Source of the DNA: Octopus sinensis
Lineage: Eukaryota
Assembly (NCBI RefSeq): GCF_006345805.1
Contig: NW_021836730.1
Span: 1 to 22,817 of the forward strand
DNA: 22,817 nucleotides
Direction of reading: 5' to 3'
Shown here: positions 21,377-22,817 of the stretch, in pieces
Numbering within the stretch: position 1 is the stretch's first letter
Layout of the letters: every line of letters begins with the position of its first letter
Notes under the pieces: generated by a model
What the model saw: the letters and a program-made list of their open reading frames with translations, nothing else
Told to the model about the DNA's origin: nothing
Database searches by the model: none
Position numbers and translations under genes: made by a program

Positions 21377-22318
21377 GTATATGCATGTGTGTGAAGCAAA
21401 ATTGAAGGGTACAATTGTGTAGGAATATCCCATAGGCGTTCGATACAGAGTATATACGTATGTTCCAAAAACAGTTTGTGTGCGATTTGCTGCTTTTTCT
21501 AGCATGTGGATATCCTGTTTGAAGCCCATAGAATCGGGAGGGGGGAGGGGAGAGGTTGATGCAGATTTTTTTATCTTATTTTGGAAAATTTCCAGAATCA
21601 TGATCTCGTTTTTTTTTATCACCTATTTTGCCCCAAAGAAATTTTGAAAAGCGAAAAATGAAGAATGGAGGGTGCAATTGAAATTTTGAATCGGTATCTC
21701 CATAACCGAAAACATGGTTCTCCGTAAAAAATACAAAAACGTGTTAGGGGTTGGTTACGTCTCCACAATGTGTACCTCACCTTACCACCAAGGTGAACAG
21801 GAGAAAAAAATTCTCGTAGCAGTTTAAGGAGGGGAGAAATGCTTCAAATTGCACCCAGCCAGGTTTCTCTCACTACTATCACATCCAAGTTTTGCGACCT
21901 GAGGTCTTTGAGGAAAATCCGTTGTTTCCAATTCGTCGCCTGGCTGCAAACATTTAAAGATCTTACGTTGAGTGTAAACATGAAGAAAAAATTTGGTCTA
22001 CCGTAGGTTAGAGATGGGCGTTAACCACTCACGTTTCATTTATTTAGGAGCTAGAGAAGTCTTCATATGTGTGTGTGTATGTGCGTGCGTGTGTGTGTGT
22101 GTGAGTCTTCATGTTTAGGTGTGTCCTTATCCTACGATCGCAGCCTGACACGGTGTTGCCTTTGTTTATGTCTCCAGAAAGCAACTTTCATTGATAGAGG
22201 ACGGAAGAATAAGGACAGATTACAAAAAAATAAATAATCAGATCCAGTTAATCCGCCGAAAACGCTTCAAGGCGGTGCACAAGCATTGCCAAGTCTGTAT
22301 GTGTGTGTGTGTGTATGT

Positions 22319-22356
<38 letters not shown>

Positions 22357-22817
22357 TCATGTTTATGTGTGTCCTTATCCTATGATCGCAGCCTAGCACG
22401 GTGTTGCTTTGTTTATGTCTCTATAAAGCAAAGTTCAGCGATAGAGGACGGAAGAATAAGGACAGATTACATATACATAAATAAACAGGTAAAGCTAACC
22501 CGACGGAGACGCTTCAAGGCGGTGCCCCAGCATGGCCACAATCCAATGAATGAAAGAAATCCAAGGAAAAGAGCAATTTACTAAAACCTTCGATGTAAGG
22601 ATGTACTATGGAGCTTATTACTGCATTACTCCAGGTTTCCGAGAGAGAGAAGAGAAGTAGAATGATTTATATATATATACATTCTTACAATATACTGTGA
22701 CTGGTTGCTGAAATGTGGAAGTGTTATACCTCGACGTTGCAAACGCCGATAAATGTTGATAAAGTTTTATCATGGAACGATATGTCACAAACCTTGTGAT
22801 CTTGGCATAGTTGGAAA
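19857..22817 (+). repeat. Segmental/tandem duplication copy B (runs off the window end)
   Basis: Near-identical to 1-3530; ORF track entries also recur (627..923 vs 20463..20759; 745..948 vs 20581..20784). Confidence 0.97.
20892..21260 (+). mobile_element. Duplicate of the SINE at 1089-1470
   Basis: Same head, ggttcagtccc box, internal microsatellite and 3' half. Confidence 0.85.

Noticed and set aside
1-22817. CRISPR array, retron or other prokaryotic RT system
   Set aside because: No regular repeat-spacer array or operon structure; all RT motifs belong to eukaryotic LINEs.

Overview
Eukaryotic, repeat-saturated DNA with no recognisable host gene. The (TA)n/(CA)n/(TACA)n microsatellites and tRNA-headed SINEs with an internal microsatellite resemble octopus/cephalopod repeats; this taxon call is from recall and is unchecked. 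The window is a mosaic of decayed non-LTR retroelements: two minus-strand RTE-clade LINEs (6060-9430, 16368-19430), two fused CR1-group LINEs (10331-14402, minus), a CR1-group RT fragment (3399-3816), an L1/Tx1-type endonuclease fragment (4870-5390) and many SINEs. Bases 1-3530 recur near-identically at 19857-22817, suggesting a ~19.3-19.9 kb tandem or segmental duplication unit. The most notable observations are a candidate HDV-like self-cleaving ribozyme exactly at the 5' end of the 5'-intact RTE (9353-9430, minus), a 3' tail and stem-loop shared by the CR1-type LINE and the SINEs, a short TTAGGG tract interrupting a LINE ORF, and a ~45-55 bp palindromic micro-element. All LINE ORFs are interrupted, and most other ORFs in the track are microsatellite or antisense artefacts.
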